Below, piece by piece: positions 42,430-52,744 of a DNA stretch of 64,000 nt. The stretch lies in assembly GCA_002269645.1 (NCBI GenBank), contig NIVC01000100.1, positions 310,001-374,000 on the forward strand. The letters run 5' to 3'. Position numbers and translations under genes: made by a program. Below the pieces are notes generated by a model. It worked only from the letters and a program-made list of their open reading frames with translations, had not been told where the DNA came from and ran no database searches. Within the stretch, counting starts at the first letter, position 1; every line of letters starts with the position of its first letter. The DNA is from Macrostomum lignano (taxonomy: Eukaryota).

Positions 42430-42947
42430 CAGAGAGGCGGTGAATCACACCCCACGGAGAGAGCCGTACAACGAGCTTCCCCACCCGAGTCCGGTAAATA
42501 TTACAGAGTATTACGTGCACACGCCAGCCCTGAATACCAAGCCATACTAGTCTACCTGCAGTGCTCCCAGAGGGAAGGGATGGTCAGGAGTTACACACCA
42601 AGAATGCATTCATACAAAGAGTACACAACTCGAGCCCAGACACCAAGTCACAGTCTACTTACAGTAGAGATGGTAGATTAATAGCAAGATTATATTACAA
42701 TTAGACCTCCCTAGCACATGAGGAGTGAAATTCAATAATAATTGAATTCAATAATAATACAACATTTAGACGTAGTAATTTAATTACAAAATACCACTAA
42801 CACTGAGCCAACGAATTGTAGGTTACAAAGGAGTTGCCACTCATATGGAAAGCCAGTATAATGCAGGTGTATATTATTAAAACATAGACAAAAACGATGC
42901 AGACGTATATACACACTATTGATTTTGTACATGTACATTTCGGCATA

Positions 42948-45900
42948 TCCCGCGCCTCCTGCCAGGGTAGCTCTCTGTCCCTCCGCGGGGGTGACTTACA
43001 CACTGCCTCTCTGTCCCGCGCCGCGTGCTGCGACATGCCGGGTAGCGTCCTCTATCTCCTACTGCCTCCACGCACTCTCTGTCCCCCTCCTGCTACAGGA
43101 GGGTTGGTTGCTCGCTGTACAGGGTAGCGTCAGCATCTGGGTTTCCTTCCTGCACCGTCTACCCCACCACTATACTGACTAACCGCATGCACACGACATT
43201 GGTGGGAGGGGCTGAGTTCCCACTGACGGGTGTACACCTACTCGACGCTGAAGGTACACTTGCTGAACGCCCACCCTGTCAGATGTACACTTGCTGAACA
43301 CCCATCCTGTCAGATGTACACTCGCTGGACGCCCACCCTGCCGGATGTACACCCCGCCGTCCCTTCCCTCCAGGAGCACTGCAAGTAGACTAGTATGGCT
43401 TGGTATTCGGAGTTGGCGTGTGTACGTAATATACTCTTTGTAATATTTACTTGACCTGGGTTTGTAAGTTCTAATAACATATAAATGACTACTGCTGACT
43501 AGTTGACGCATCTGGATGGTGTGATAAAAACTAGTAACGTACCGCGATTTCGAGAGAAATCCTAGCACAATACTGTTCTGTCCGGCATGTGGAAAAGTAT
43601 TTGCCCCGCCTTCGCTTACTCATACTGCACACAGACAAAGCTTATCTCTATTAGCAATCTGTTCGTGGTGGTTCAGAAGGACACTGTCTTCCTGTATATA
43701 GCTCTCTATCCCTTCATCACTCGTAATAACTTCATAAATGCTCGCTTGACCAATGGCTGGTACTGAACTAATAATTCATACGATACATAATGGTTAATAC
43801 TTTCTAACTCCGTACAGCTCACAAGTTTCTACTCTCTACCTTATCAGTAACATTAAAATAAAAAGGTAAAATTTGCTGGTTTTGTGCCTTGTTTGCTTAC
43901 TTTTCTATTAAAATACTTGCGGTTTATAATTGAAAATGTCTGCTTTTTATTCAATTTTATGTGGTTTGAAGGTTTATTTTTGCTAAAATGCCTGGTTTCT
44001 TATAAAAATTTCTACTCTCGACAATGATTGTGTCAGCTATTTCATTAAAATAACCTACTTTTGAATAAAACGTTGTATTTAAGCCCTAGTTTTTTTTTTC
44101 AAAACATAATGGAAACCCTCACAACGCCCTTGGAACCTCCTCAAGCAGCTTACATAGAGCATGCAGACCCCGAAACCCCCTCTAGTGTGCCCTGATTTCA
44201 GCGGTCTGACGGTTAAGATCTGTATTTTTACACTATATTTTCCTTCATGCAGCAATACAGGAGGGTTTGGTAGAGTGAGTCTGGCGGGAGAGGGGGCTTG
44301 TGGGGTGATGAGGATGCGTACACACAGTTTAGCCTGTTTTAGTCTACCTTTTGGGCTAATATGCTTACTATTATTACTACTATTATACCTACTATGTACA
44401 TACTATTATACTACCCACTATTAAACATGTTGCACTAAAACCAACTTTTGAAAATACATAGCGTGTTTTGGTCGATTCTCCCTCACGTCTCTGTCCCTAC
44501 ACATGTGCTCTGCTCGCTTTGGTCTCTGCTTGTGTACCTCTCTGTAACGTCTCTGTATGCTCTGACTGGTTTCTCCGTCCCCGCACGCGCCGCTACTAAA
44601 GTTTGCTGTTACCTACCCCTACACACTGCTCTCTGTCTCCCTCCGCGCACACCTCTCTGGCCTTGCATGCAACTTGCATGTCTGCTCCCCTGTCCTGCCC
44701 TCGCGTGGCTCCCTGCCTATACATAGCTACAGGACCCTACCTCTGTGCCTTGCTCGGAACTCTGTCCCAGGCCCCCCTTCATACTTCTCTGTCCCGGGCT
44801 GCAACTGGCTGACACGCGCCTCTCTGTTCCCCAGCCTGCGTGGCTGCCTACCCCTGCACACTGCTCTCTGTCCCCCTCCGCGCCTCTCTATCATCCTATT
44901 CCTGCAGCTGACCGTGCCGTTCAGCTCTGTCCACGCACGGCTCCACCCCTGCCCGTGTCTCACTGTACCGCCCTGTGTGGCTCCCTTACCCTGCGCGTTT
45001 GCTTCCTATCTCCCTCCTGCTCCATATGTTTCTGTTCCCTCACACTACGCACACGTGGCTGGCTCTCTGTCCAAACACATCTCTGCTCCTCCACTCTATC
45101 CTCGCGTGGCCCCTTGACGGTTCGCATGCCCCTGCATACCCTGCCTGCCTCTCTGTCCCCTGCAACTGGGGAGGGAGCTCTCTATCCTCTGTATGGCTTT
45201 CTCTGTGGAGTGTGTGTGACTCACACTACCTCTCTGTCCTAGCATGCGCCTCTCTATCCGGCTCCTGCAGCAGGCTGTGTTATTCACATCTCTTTCCACC
45301 CACCCTCTGCCCGTACACGCTCAGTGTACAGGGCTGCGTCAGCATCGGGGTTAAAACTTCTCGCTCTCTATGCTTCAACAGTATAATAACCTAGTGGCCG
45401 TCTCTCTGTCCACCCCCCTTTCTGCCCGTACACGCTCATTGTACAGGGCTGCGTCAGCGTTAGGGTTGAAACTTCTCGCTCCCTATACCCCACAACCGTG
45501 TAGTGTCCTAGTATGGGCGCGACCTGGGTTCGATTTCGCTAGTTGAGATGTAGGTGAGAGAGGGGAAGAGGCCCGTATCGATGACTACATATCGGTGTAC
45601 ACACATATCGGGAGAGTGTACACTCGGGGCGCCTGCTGCATACATATCGGTGTACATATAGGGAGAGTGCGCATACATATCGGGAGGGGCGCCTGAGGCG
45701 GGGAGGGTGCCTGCGGCATACATGTCGGGGGAGGGCGCGTGCGGCGGGGAGGGGCGCCTGCTGCATGGACGCCTGCTGCTCTGGAGGGTGCGCTTGGGAT
45801 CTGATTGATTTGGGATCTGATTGATTTGGGATCTGATTGATTTGGGATCTGATTGATTTATTGGGATCTAATATCGGGAGGGTGCGCCTGCGGCGCTTGG

Positions 45901-46051
45901 CGCCACGCGCCTGCGGCGCGCGCGCGTGCCGAGCGCCGATATCGATACGGGTATCGATCACCTAGTGATCGGGGCGCCAGCCAATGAGAGGCGAGGAGGG
46001 TTGACACCCACCCCACCTCCAAAATCAACGGATACGGGTTCATATAGTAGT
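42948..46051 (-). repeat. Right arm of the foldback element
   Basis: Differs from the left arm by a few SNPs and two extra copies of a 16-bp unit (TGGGATCTGATTGATT). Confidence 0.97.
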
Positions 46052-46188
46052 AATAACAAGCTTTTCCAACTCTTGCTTTAAGTCTAGAGTGTCAGTTTTG
46101 ACTAATGCCAAGTGTATTTTAGTTTAAATTTAGAATTTAGAGTACATTGACAGTTAAACAAAATCAAATAGAATGTAAATAAACATGT

Positions 46189-48391
46189 TGATGTAACCGC
46201 CCTTGTCGCCGGTCCGCTCCGTAGAGAGACGAACGCATGACTAGAGGGGGCAATGACCGTAGGCTGCCTATGACCGGGCAATGGCCTGACGGACCTCCAG
46301 CACCAGACTGTCCCGCCCACATGATTGATAGCTTTGGTAGCGCTTCGTGACCAGAGGGCCAAGGACCCACATGGACCCCACCTGTAGCCAAGGTGCAATA
46401 GTTGGTCACTCGGTCATAGTATGACCGAGTGGCTGCCACCACTCTATGTGACCTGGCGCACCTGGATCTTTCTACCAGACCTCTCGAGGCTAGAGCCCCG
46501 CCTGGGATGGTTACCAGGAGATTTAGGCTAACAGGGGAGACACATGCAGCCGAGTACAGGGACTCTGCTTGGGGCATGATCGGGAACTCTGGGCTCAATC
46601 TGGAGGATTTCTCAGCAGGGGATCCTTTGTGGCTGTGAGCGAGGCTAACTTGCGACTTTGATTACTAAGAGTAGTATGAGGCGAACATGTACTGTCTATA
46701 GTTTAGATTGCTCAGGGCGAAGGGACGCGTCAGCATGGGGTTGCAACCTTCCTACTGCCATTCTGTGCCAAGACTCGCTAATCCCTCTACTGCACGCACA
46801 CGCGGCCCCGCAGCACGCACTCACAGGCGGGCTGTGCACGGGGAGAGGCCATTAGCTTACCCAAACTTCCTTATGCTTTGCCACCCCGGGAGAAAGGCTT
46901 AGCAAGCCATGAGAGAAATGATGGTGAAAGAGTAAATAATGATGGAGTTAGTTAATAGTTAATAATTAGGCCCTTAGGCGAATAATCAGGCAATTAGGCA
47001 GCTTCACTATTGAGTAAAATACAGCAAAAGGTTACGGTATCACAATTGGCTCAGCTCTCTAATCAGACAATGGAAAAATAGGCAAACCCCGGATAAGCAA
47101 GGCGATTAGAGCACAAATTAGTAATAGGAACTTACCGGCAGCTGCACAGAGAGAGAGAGAGGCGGAGTGACCGAGGGCGGCTGTAGGCTGCAGTCAGGCA
47201 GACGGTGAAGCGGCGATGCGCTGAAGCGACGAGGCGCTGATGTAGATCAGGCGATGCTGATGATGCTGGGCGGTATCAGACCGCTGGCCGATAGGCGAGC
47301 TCACTTGGGGAGCTAAGGATAACTTGGCGGTAACAGACCGCGGACCGGCAGGGATTCGTCTTATAGACGAATGGGTCAGAACTCAATCTGACAGCAAGTC
47401 CAAAGAAGGACGAGGAGAGGAAAAGTTGAGGATTCTCATGCCGAAATCGCTTCCTTTTATAAACCTCACAGCCGCCTCCTCAAGGTCGTTACCATGGCTC
47501 CCTCTCTCTGATTGGCTGCCGGCAGAATGACGTCAGAATGAGTCATGATGAGAAGCATGATACCGGCATAGCAACATGAGAAATCGGGAAATTGCGCAAT
47601 CCGGAGGTGGGGTGGGGGATAATTGGCGCAGCGGGTGGTCGCGAAAGTGTTGCGCAAGCAAACATTGAGAACAATAGGGCTGGGGTCGAGAACAAAGGAA
47701 TTGGAAATTGGGGATAATTGGAGAGAACTGAGAACAATGGAAAAGTAAACATTGGGGAAAAGGTGATAATTAGGTGCGAAAACGAGAACAAAAGAAAGAG
47801 AAAATCGGAGAAAATGTGATAATTGGTGGGGGTTGAGAGAACAAAAGAATCAAAAACGAGAACAATAGAAGCGGAGGTGGGGTGGGTGTCGCATGAGAAA
47901 TTTGGGAAGGAGAACAATGGCGTGAGAAAAGGTTGCGCAAGAGAGGGGGATGAGTCATCGATGAGTCACCGAGGGGGGGAAGGGGTCACACGACTTGCGT
48001 CACCGTTTGGGAGTTTTGGAGGGGATGGGGAGACGGTGAGCACACAAAATACTGTAAGTAGACACAGGGAAAGAGGGGACAGCGCAGGAAAAGAGTGCAG
48101 AGGGAGACAAAAAGAGGGGGGATAGGGAAAGTACAGGAAGAATAGGGCGAAAAACAGAAGAGATAGGGTAGAGGGGGAGGTACAGAGAGGGTAGGGAGCT
48201 CCGGAAAGGCAGGTGTGGCGGCAGGGGAGACGGAACCAAGGCAGCAGGAGGGGTGCAGCAGAGCGGGAGTCTCCAGGCCTGGTCGGAGACCTGGCCGAGT
48301 CTCGACGGCTCTGTGCAGGGGGTGCACAGGATAGGAGGCACTTTCAAAAAGTTCCCATGCCCTATCCCGCGACCAGAGCGTGGTTACATCA
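46189..48391 (-). repeat. 3' LTR (2203 bp)
   Basis: Differs from the 5' LTR by about 6-8 substitutions and 3 small indels that I could see. Confidence 0.97.
47455..47970 (-). promoter_or_regulatory. LTR promoter/enhancer: TATAAAA, CCAAT, CRE, AP-1, C/EBP sites and GAGAACAA repeats (also in the 5' LTR at ~58290-58810)
   Basis: TATA 47455-47461; ATTGG 47511; TGACGTCA 47528; TGAGTCA 47539, 47951, 47962; ATTGCGCAAT 47591; TTGCGCAA 47650, 47933. Confidence 0.7.
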
Positions 48392-48408
48392 TACCCCCAC
48401 TGCCTTTT
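48392..48408 (-). other. Polypurine tract AAAAGGCAGTGGGGGTA
   Basis: Directly abuts the 3' LTR on the element sense strand. Confidence 0.8.
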
Positions 48409-49446
48409 GTGATGGAACTGGTTCCGTCATCACCACTGCCCAACATGGAACCACACAGACGGGAGCAGGATCTCAACCAAACTGGAAACTACAGAATTAA
48501 CAAACCGCGAACGGGGAGTGGGGGAAAAGACGATATAATAGAGGAGATAGCAATAAATTCACTGAATGAAATACATAGGTTGAAGTACAATACAGAATTT
48601 CAAAAATTTCAACTGTTGCTGTGGCTAAAGTGGGAAGGGGGAAACACAGGCAGCGCAATAATAGGGAGAAAAATATCGGATTGTCAATAATAAATTATCA
48701 TAATTGGATAGAAGCGCAGCTGGGGGAGAGAGGAAACGGGGAAGGGTGAGGGAGGTAGGGAAAAAAAGAAGGGGTTGTTGCTAGCACACAGCCAAGGGCA
48801 GAGCCTCGGGGAGAATGACAATTACACCGGGGGGAAAATAGCGCAGTAAATTAATAAACTAATTTCGCCGGGAGTTCAACCGCACGGAGGCCTAGCATCC
48901 TCGAAGGCTCGGACCCCCCTTCAGCCAGTCAGGGAGCTTCGGGGCGATCGGTTGTAGGCTGGGAGGCGCCGCGCCGGGTGCTGGCCACTGTATAAAAGGC
49001 GCCACTGATGACGGGAGCCGGCTGCCTGCAATCTGCACCGAGTCGCAGTTCCTAACCAAGGCCCTCAGCGCGATCTTCCAAACTATACAACTACTCGGTA
49101 AGTCCCATCACCAATCTGATTTCTTTTCACCTATACGTTAAACGATATCTACCCACTTGCCATGCCTTTCATATTAAACTGAGCCAACTGTAGTAGTACA
49201 ATATGTCTTTTCTTACGGTAATAAGAGTGAGAGGCCAACACAGACTTATTTTTATGAATTTGAGTGACGCACAACAAATACTCATATATTATTAGTAAAG
49301 GTGGCATATTAGAAAACAAGTTATTATTAGAAAAATAGTAAAATATTATAAAATTAGGGGCATACACAGACACACACACAAGCCAAAGGGTGAGAATGCC
49401 ATCCGGGCCGGCCGGCAGGTGCCACTCCGCGGGGCGTGCAGCGGCC

Positions 49447-50799
49447 TCACTCGAGGTCGGCCTCGCGGTTGAGCTGATAGGGGCCATAGGCGGCGACTTG
49501 AGCCATGGCACGGGCCCATGCTTCCACATATCGCTGGGCGGCCGCCGCCGTCAAGACGACGCGGTGGCAGCTACTGGGCAGGATATCATTAGGCAAGACA
49601 CCCCTCAGCTGCGGCAGAGTGGGAATGCCTAAAGCTTGGCACTGCACCACGAACGCGGCGTTGCGCGCTTGCTGCAGACGAGTGAGCGTCGGGGCGGAGA
49701 GCGGCGGCTGGGCGATGGCGAAATATTGCATCGAGCCGCGCGGCACCTCAGCCAGGCCCGCGTAGCCAGGCTCCACGTCGCCCAGGGCCGCCAACACCCA
49801 GCCGCAGCGCCTGTTGAATTGACTCGACAGGATGGCCGCCCACGCCACCGTGGCAAATGGGGCGTAGAGCAGTGGCGCGGCTGCAGGGGCTGAGGCTGCG
49901 AGGATGCCATCATGGAGAATGAGGGTGTCTTCCCACTCGGCGCCTGCGCATAGGAAAGTCCACAGCAGGCCCGGCAGGTCCGCCGGCAACATTCCCCAGA
50001 GGCTGGCCATGCTGGTCAGGCCGAGCAGCAGCCGGGCGCGTTGCGTCGAGGAGAGCTGCCGGCTCATCAGCGAGGAGGCCGCACAGCTCACGACCACCTT
50101 TTTGTACACAGGACGCTCGTTAGGATTGAAAATGGTCTTGAGAGCCGCGCACGACGGTGGCCGGGCCGTTAGATGGGACGGCTCGTCCTCCACCACATGC
50201 CGCAGGAATTTGGAGGCCTGTCGCACGAGGTCGCTGATGGCGTACTTGTACGGATGCTGCGCCGCCACCTCCACGTACATCAGGAGCGTGCTGTCCACCA
50301 GACCTTGCAGGGCCGCCTTGGACAGGATAAGCAGGCAGGGCCTGTCCAGATTGTCCCGCATTTGTCGTTCTAGCGTTGAATGCCGATCCTCAGCCTGCAT
50401 GGGGCCATAGTAGGGCTCGGGCCCCACCCAGTGGATCAGATCTCTAGCTGTAGTCGAGAGTCCGCCAGCCGTTTGACCCCAATCTACTTCATCTCGTTGT
50501 AGGGCGATGTCGACACTCCGCCGGCTGCTGGGCAGGACGTCCCGCAGGCGGCCGGCAGCCTCGCTGAATTCGGCCACCACATCCGAGAGGTCGTCATCTT
50601 CGGTGCTGGCAGAGCTGTCTGTCTCGGCGTCGTCATCGAGAGGGGCGACCCGGGCGGCTGACGCTACCGGTGACGCGGGGTCATCTTCCGCCTCCTGGCT
50701 GCCGTCCCATGGCCGCTTCCGACTGACCGGACTGGCAGGCCGCTCTGACGGTGAGTCTGGGCGCAGCCGAATGCGATTGACGCTGGGTTTGTTGTCCAT
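49447..50799 (-). CDS. 450-aa orphan accessory ORF of the LTR element; N-terminal NLS-like RKRP and acidic tract
   Basis: Uninterrupted GC-rich ORF; TATAAGA at 50891-50897 and CCAAT at 50918 and 51005 upstream. No recognised domain, signal peptide or clear TM segment. Confidence 0.8.
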   Translation of the reverse strand: MDNKPSVNRIRLRPDSPSERPASPVSRKRPWDGSQEAEDDPASPVASAARVAPLDDDAETDSSASTEDDDLSDVVAEFSEAAGRLRDVLPSSRRSVDIALQRDEVDWGQTAGGLSTTARDLIHWVGPEPYYGPMQAEDRHSTLERQMRDNLDRPCLLILSKAALQGLVDSTLLMYVEVAAQHPYKYAISDLVRQASKFLRHVVEDEPSHLTARPPSCAALKTIFNPNERPVYKKVVVSCAASSLMSRQLSSTQRARLLLGLTSMASLWGMLPADLPGLLWTFLCAGAEWEDTLILHDGILAASAPAAAPLLYAPFATVAWAAILSSQFNRRCGWVLAALGDVEPGYAGLAEVPRGSMQYFAIAQPPLSAPTLTRLQQARNAAFVVQCQALGIPTLPQLRGVLPNDILPSSCHRVVLTAAAAQRYVEAWARAMAQVAAYGPYQLNREADLE

Positions 50800-51376
50800 A
50801 AATAGCCGAATAACTTTCCGGGCACTTGGCTGGTCGAATGGAGGAATTGTTTCTCAAATTGACGGTCTCTACTCCGGTAGGTGCGGGTCCTCTTATAACG
50901 TTGGAGGCTGACTCCTCATTGGTTGAGCACGTTGGGAGACACACAGGCTGAGGCCGGGGTCACCGTTGGCTTGGGACCGCTCTTTCCAGTCTCCGTGTGT
51001 GCTGATTGGCTGGTTCCGCCGCTCCCTGTGTTCCTCACCCTTGAGCAGGGGGCAGATCCGAGACCGCTTCCGTTCGCGCCCGCGGCGGATCCGTACTCCG
51101 GCCGACCGAGATCGCACTCCCATCTCACATACACACATTCAGATCAGGCACACCAGTTAATTTGGTTAGTAGGAGTAGCAGAAGGATTTGGGAGATTAGA
51201 CTCCAGAAGATGAATGATGAAGCGGCCCAACTCTTTTCCATTTCTTCCCTCAACGCCACACACACACGCAGCCCTCATTCACGTCTCCGAAACCCTCATA
51301 AACTTAATAGCCGAAAGAGTTTGAAAGAAGAATTAATCATTAATTTGACGAACTACCATAGCAGAGAAAGGGGAAA

Positions 51377-51612
51377 CTACCACCATCTTGATGCATTACT
51401 AAAGAGGAGAAAAAGAAAGAAGAATTGCCACCATTTTGGGAGGGGTTACTAGGGAAAACTGCCACCATTTGCACTTTCATCAGAGAAGAGAAAACGAAAG
51501 ACTACCACCATTTTGGGTGTACTGTTAAAAAAGAAGGCGGGGAGGAAAACTGCCACCACTTTGAGTGTTTTATTAAAGGGAGGGGGAGAAAAAAGCTACC
51601 ACTACTTGACCA
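51377..51612 (-). repeat. Array of six PBS/LTR-junction-like motifs (consensus CAAAATGGTGGCAG on the element strand)
   Basis: CT(G/A)CCACCAT(T/C)TTG-like copies at 51377, 51425, 51459, 51502, 51550 and 51596, matching 57018-57031. Confidence 0.75.
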
Positions 51613-51753
51613 CCTCGAGCCCAAGAGAGGGAGAAAGAATGAAGAAATCCCCAAGAAGGTCACTACCACACGCCGTAAAATCCCCATCTATCTACATCCT
51701 AACACCCGGCTAGTTCCCCACTCCTATTTCATCCCTTAAACTCTCGCTTTCAG

Positions 51754-52160
51754 GATTCCGGCCGTTAGTAGCTGAGCCCATCCTCGAAGAAGAGTCTGAT
51801 TACGAAGCGCCCGAGGACAGCCATTCGGAGCCAGACGCCCCCTCTGGTTTAGGGCCGGCCGCGCCATCAGGCAACGTCGGCGCCGCGGCTCCAGAGCCCT
51901 GCGACCGCCGAGCCGCCAGCGAAACAGCGTCCGGGGACGGTTGGCATCCGGCGCCACCGCCACTGTCAGCCCGCGCGCACTCTCAGCCGCCGGTCGCCGC
52001 GGTGGCGCCCGTGGCTGCCGCTCCACAGCCCTCGCCAGCCCCTGTGGTGGAGACCGACGGCTCCTGGCACTGGGTCGTGCTGGCGACGGCCCTGATAGCC
52101 GGTCTCACCATGCACTGGCTGCTGCTCTTGGAGCTGTTTCTGCGGCTTCCCAACTGCTGA
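51754..52160 (+). CDS. Antisense terminal exon encoding an acidic/Pro-Ala-rich segment and a C-terminal TM helix
   Basis: Acceptor CTCTCGCTTTCAG; 135 open codons ending ...GSWHWVVLATALIAGLTMHWLLLLELFLRLPNC*; AATAAA at 52268. Not in the ORF track because there is no early ATG. Confidence 0.5.
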
Positions 52161-52744
52161 TGCTAGATGCTCTAGCGCTAACTTTTCCTACTAATTCTAA
52201 GCTATCGGCTCTCATAACTAACTCCAATTACTGGTTACTCATTAAATCTATGCTTAGCCCACTCTAAAATAAACATTGCTCCCCATCTGCCTGATAAACT
52301 TAATTACATTAAATGTCCCCCCTATTGCCTCATCGAAACCAATTAAAGGTTTCCCAAAATCTGACTTTCACAAGGTGTGAACAAACACACGAAATCGGAC
52401 CTAAAGGTGCTAATTTCTACGGTCCCAGAATTCTATTGTCCCAGAAAATCTTGAACAGCGGGGCAGGACCTCCTGTGGGGCAGACCCAGAGAAATTATTC
52501 TAGTTTCCGAGATAATATTTACTGAAAGGGAATTAACGCATACCGTACGGGCCTAATTTTCGAGCTAAAATCTTGGAAATTTAAACAACACCAACGAGCA
52601 CGAGGTCACAACATACATTCGGATAATAGAGGGCATACGTAAATACGCGAAAAGCGGTTCCAACGGGGCAAAACGAGCAAAATTTCGACACGCGAATCGG
52701 GGGGGGGGGATTAAGCAATCACTGGCTAGCTACCAATCTGTCAC

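Larger units (their letters stand above)
39358..46051. mobile_element. 6694-bp foldback (near-palindromic) non-autonomous DNA element with ~3.1-kb terminal inverted repeats
   Basis: Arms 39358-42429 and 42948-46051; ~518-bp spacer; termini ACTACTATATG...CATATAGTAGT; 6-bp TSD AATAAC (39352-39357, 46052-46057). Confidence 0.92.

Noticed and set aside
39366-46043. Many 60-210-aa ORFs in the foldback arms
   Set aside because: Overlapping, low-complexity, mirrored, with no domain motifs.
39358-46051. Palindrome as a long-read fold-back artefact
   Set aside because: It has a unique ~518-bp spacer, arm-specific SNPs and indels, and a 6-bp TSD with unique flanks. Read-level confirmation is still advisable.
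49447-50799. env or tyrosine recombinase call for the 450-aa ORF
   Set aside because: No signal peptide, furin site or TM anchor, and no convincing R-H-R-Y catalytic pattern.
50861-50876. Partial resemblance to a flatworm spliced-leader sequence (GACGGTCTCT-ACT)
   Set aside because: Short match recalled from memory; the 3' half ending in ATG and an Sm site are missing.
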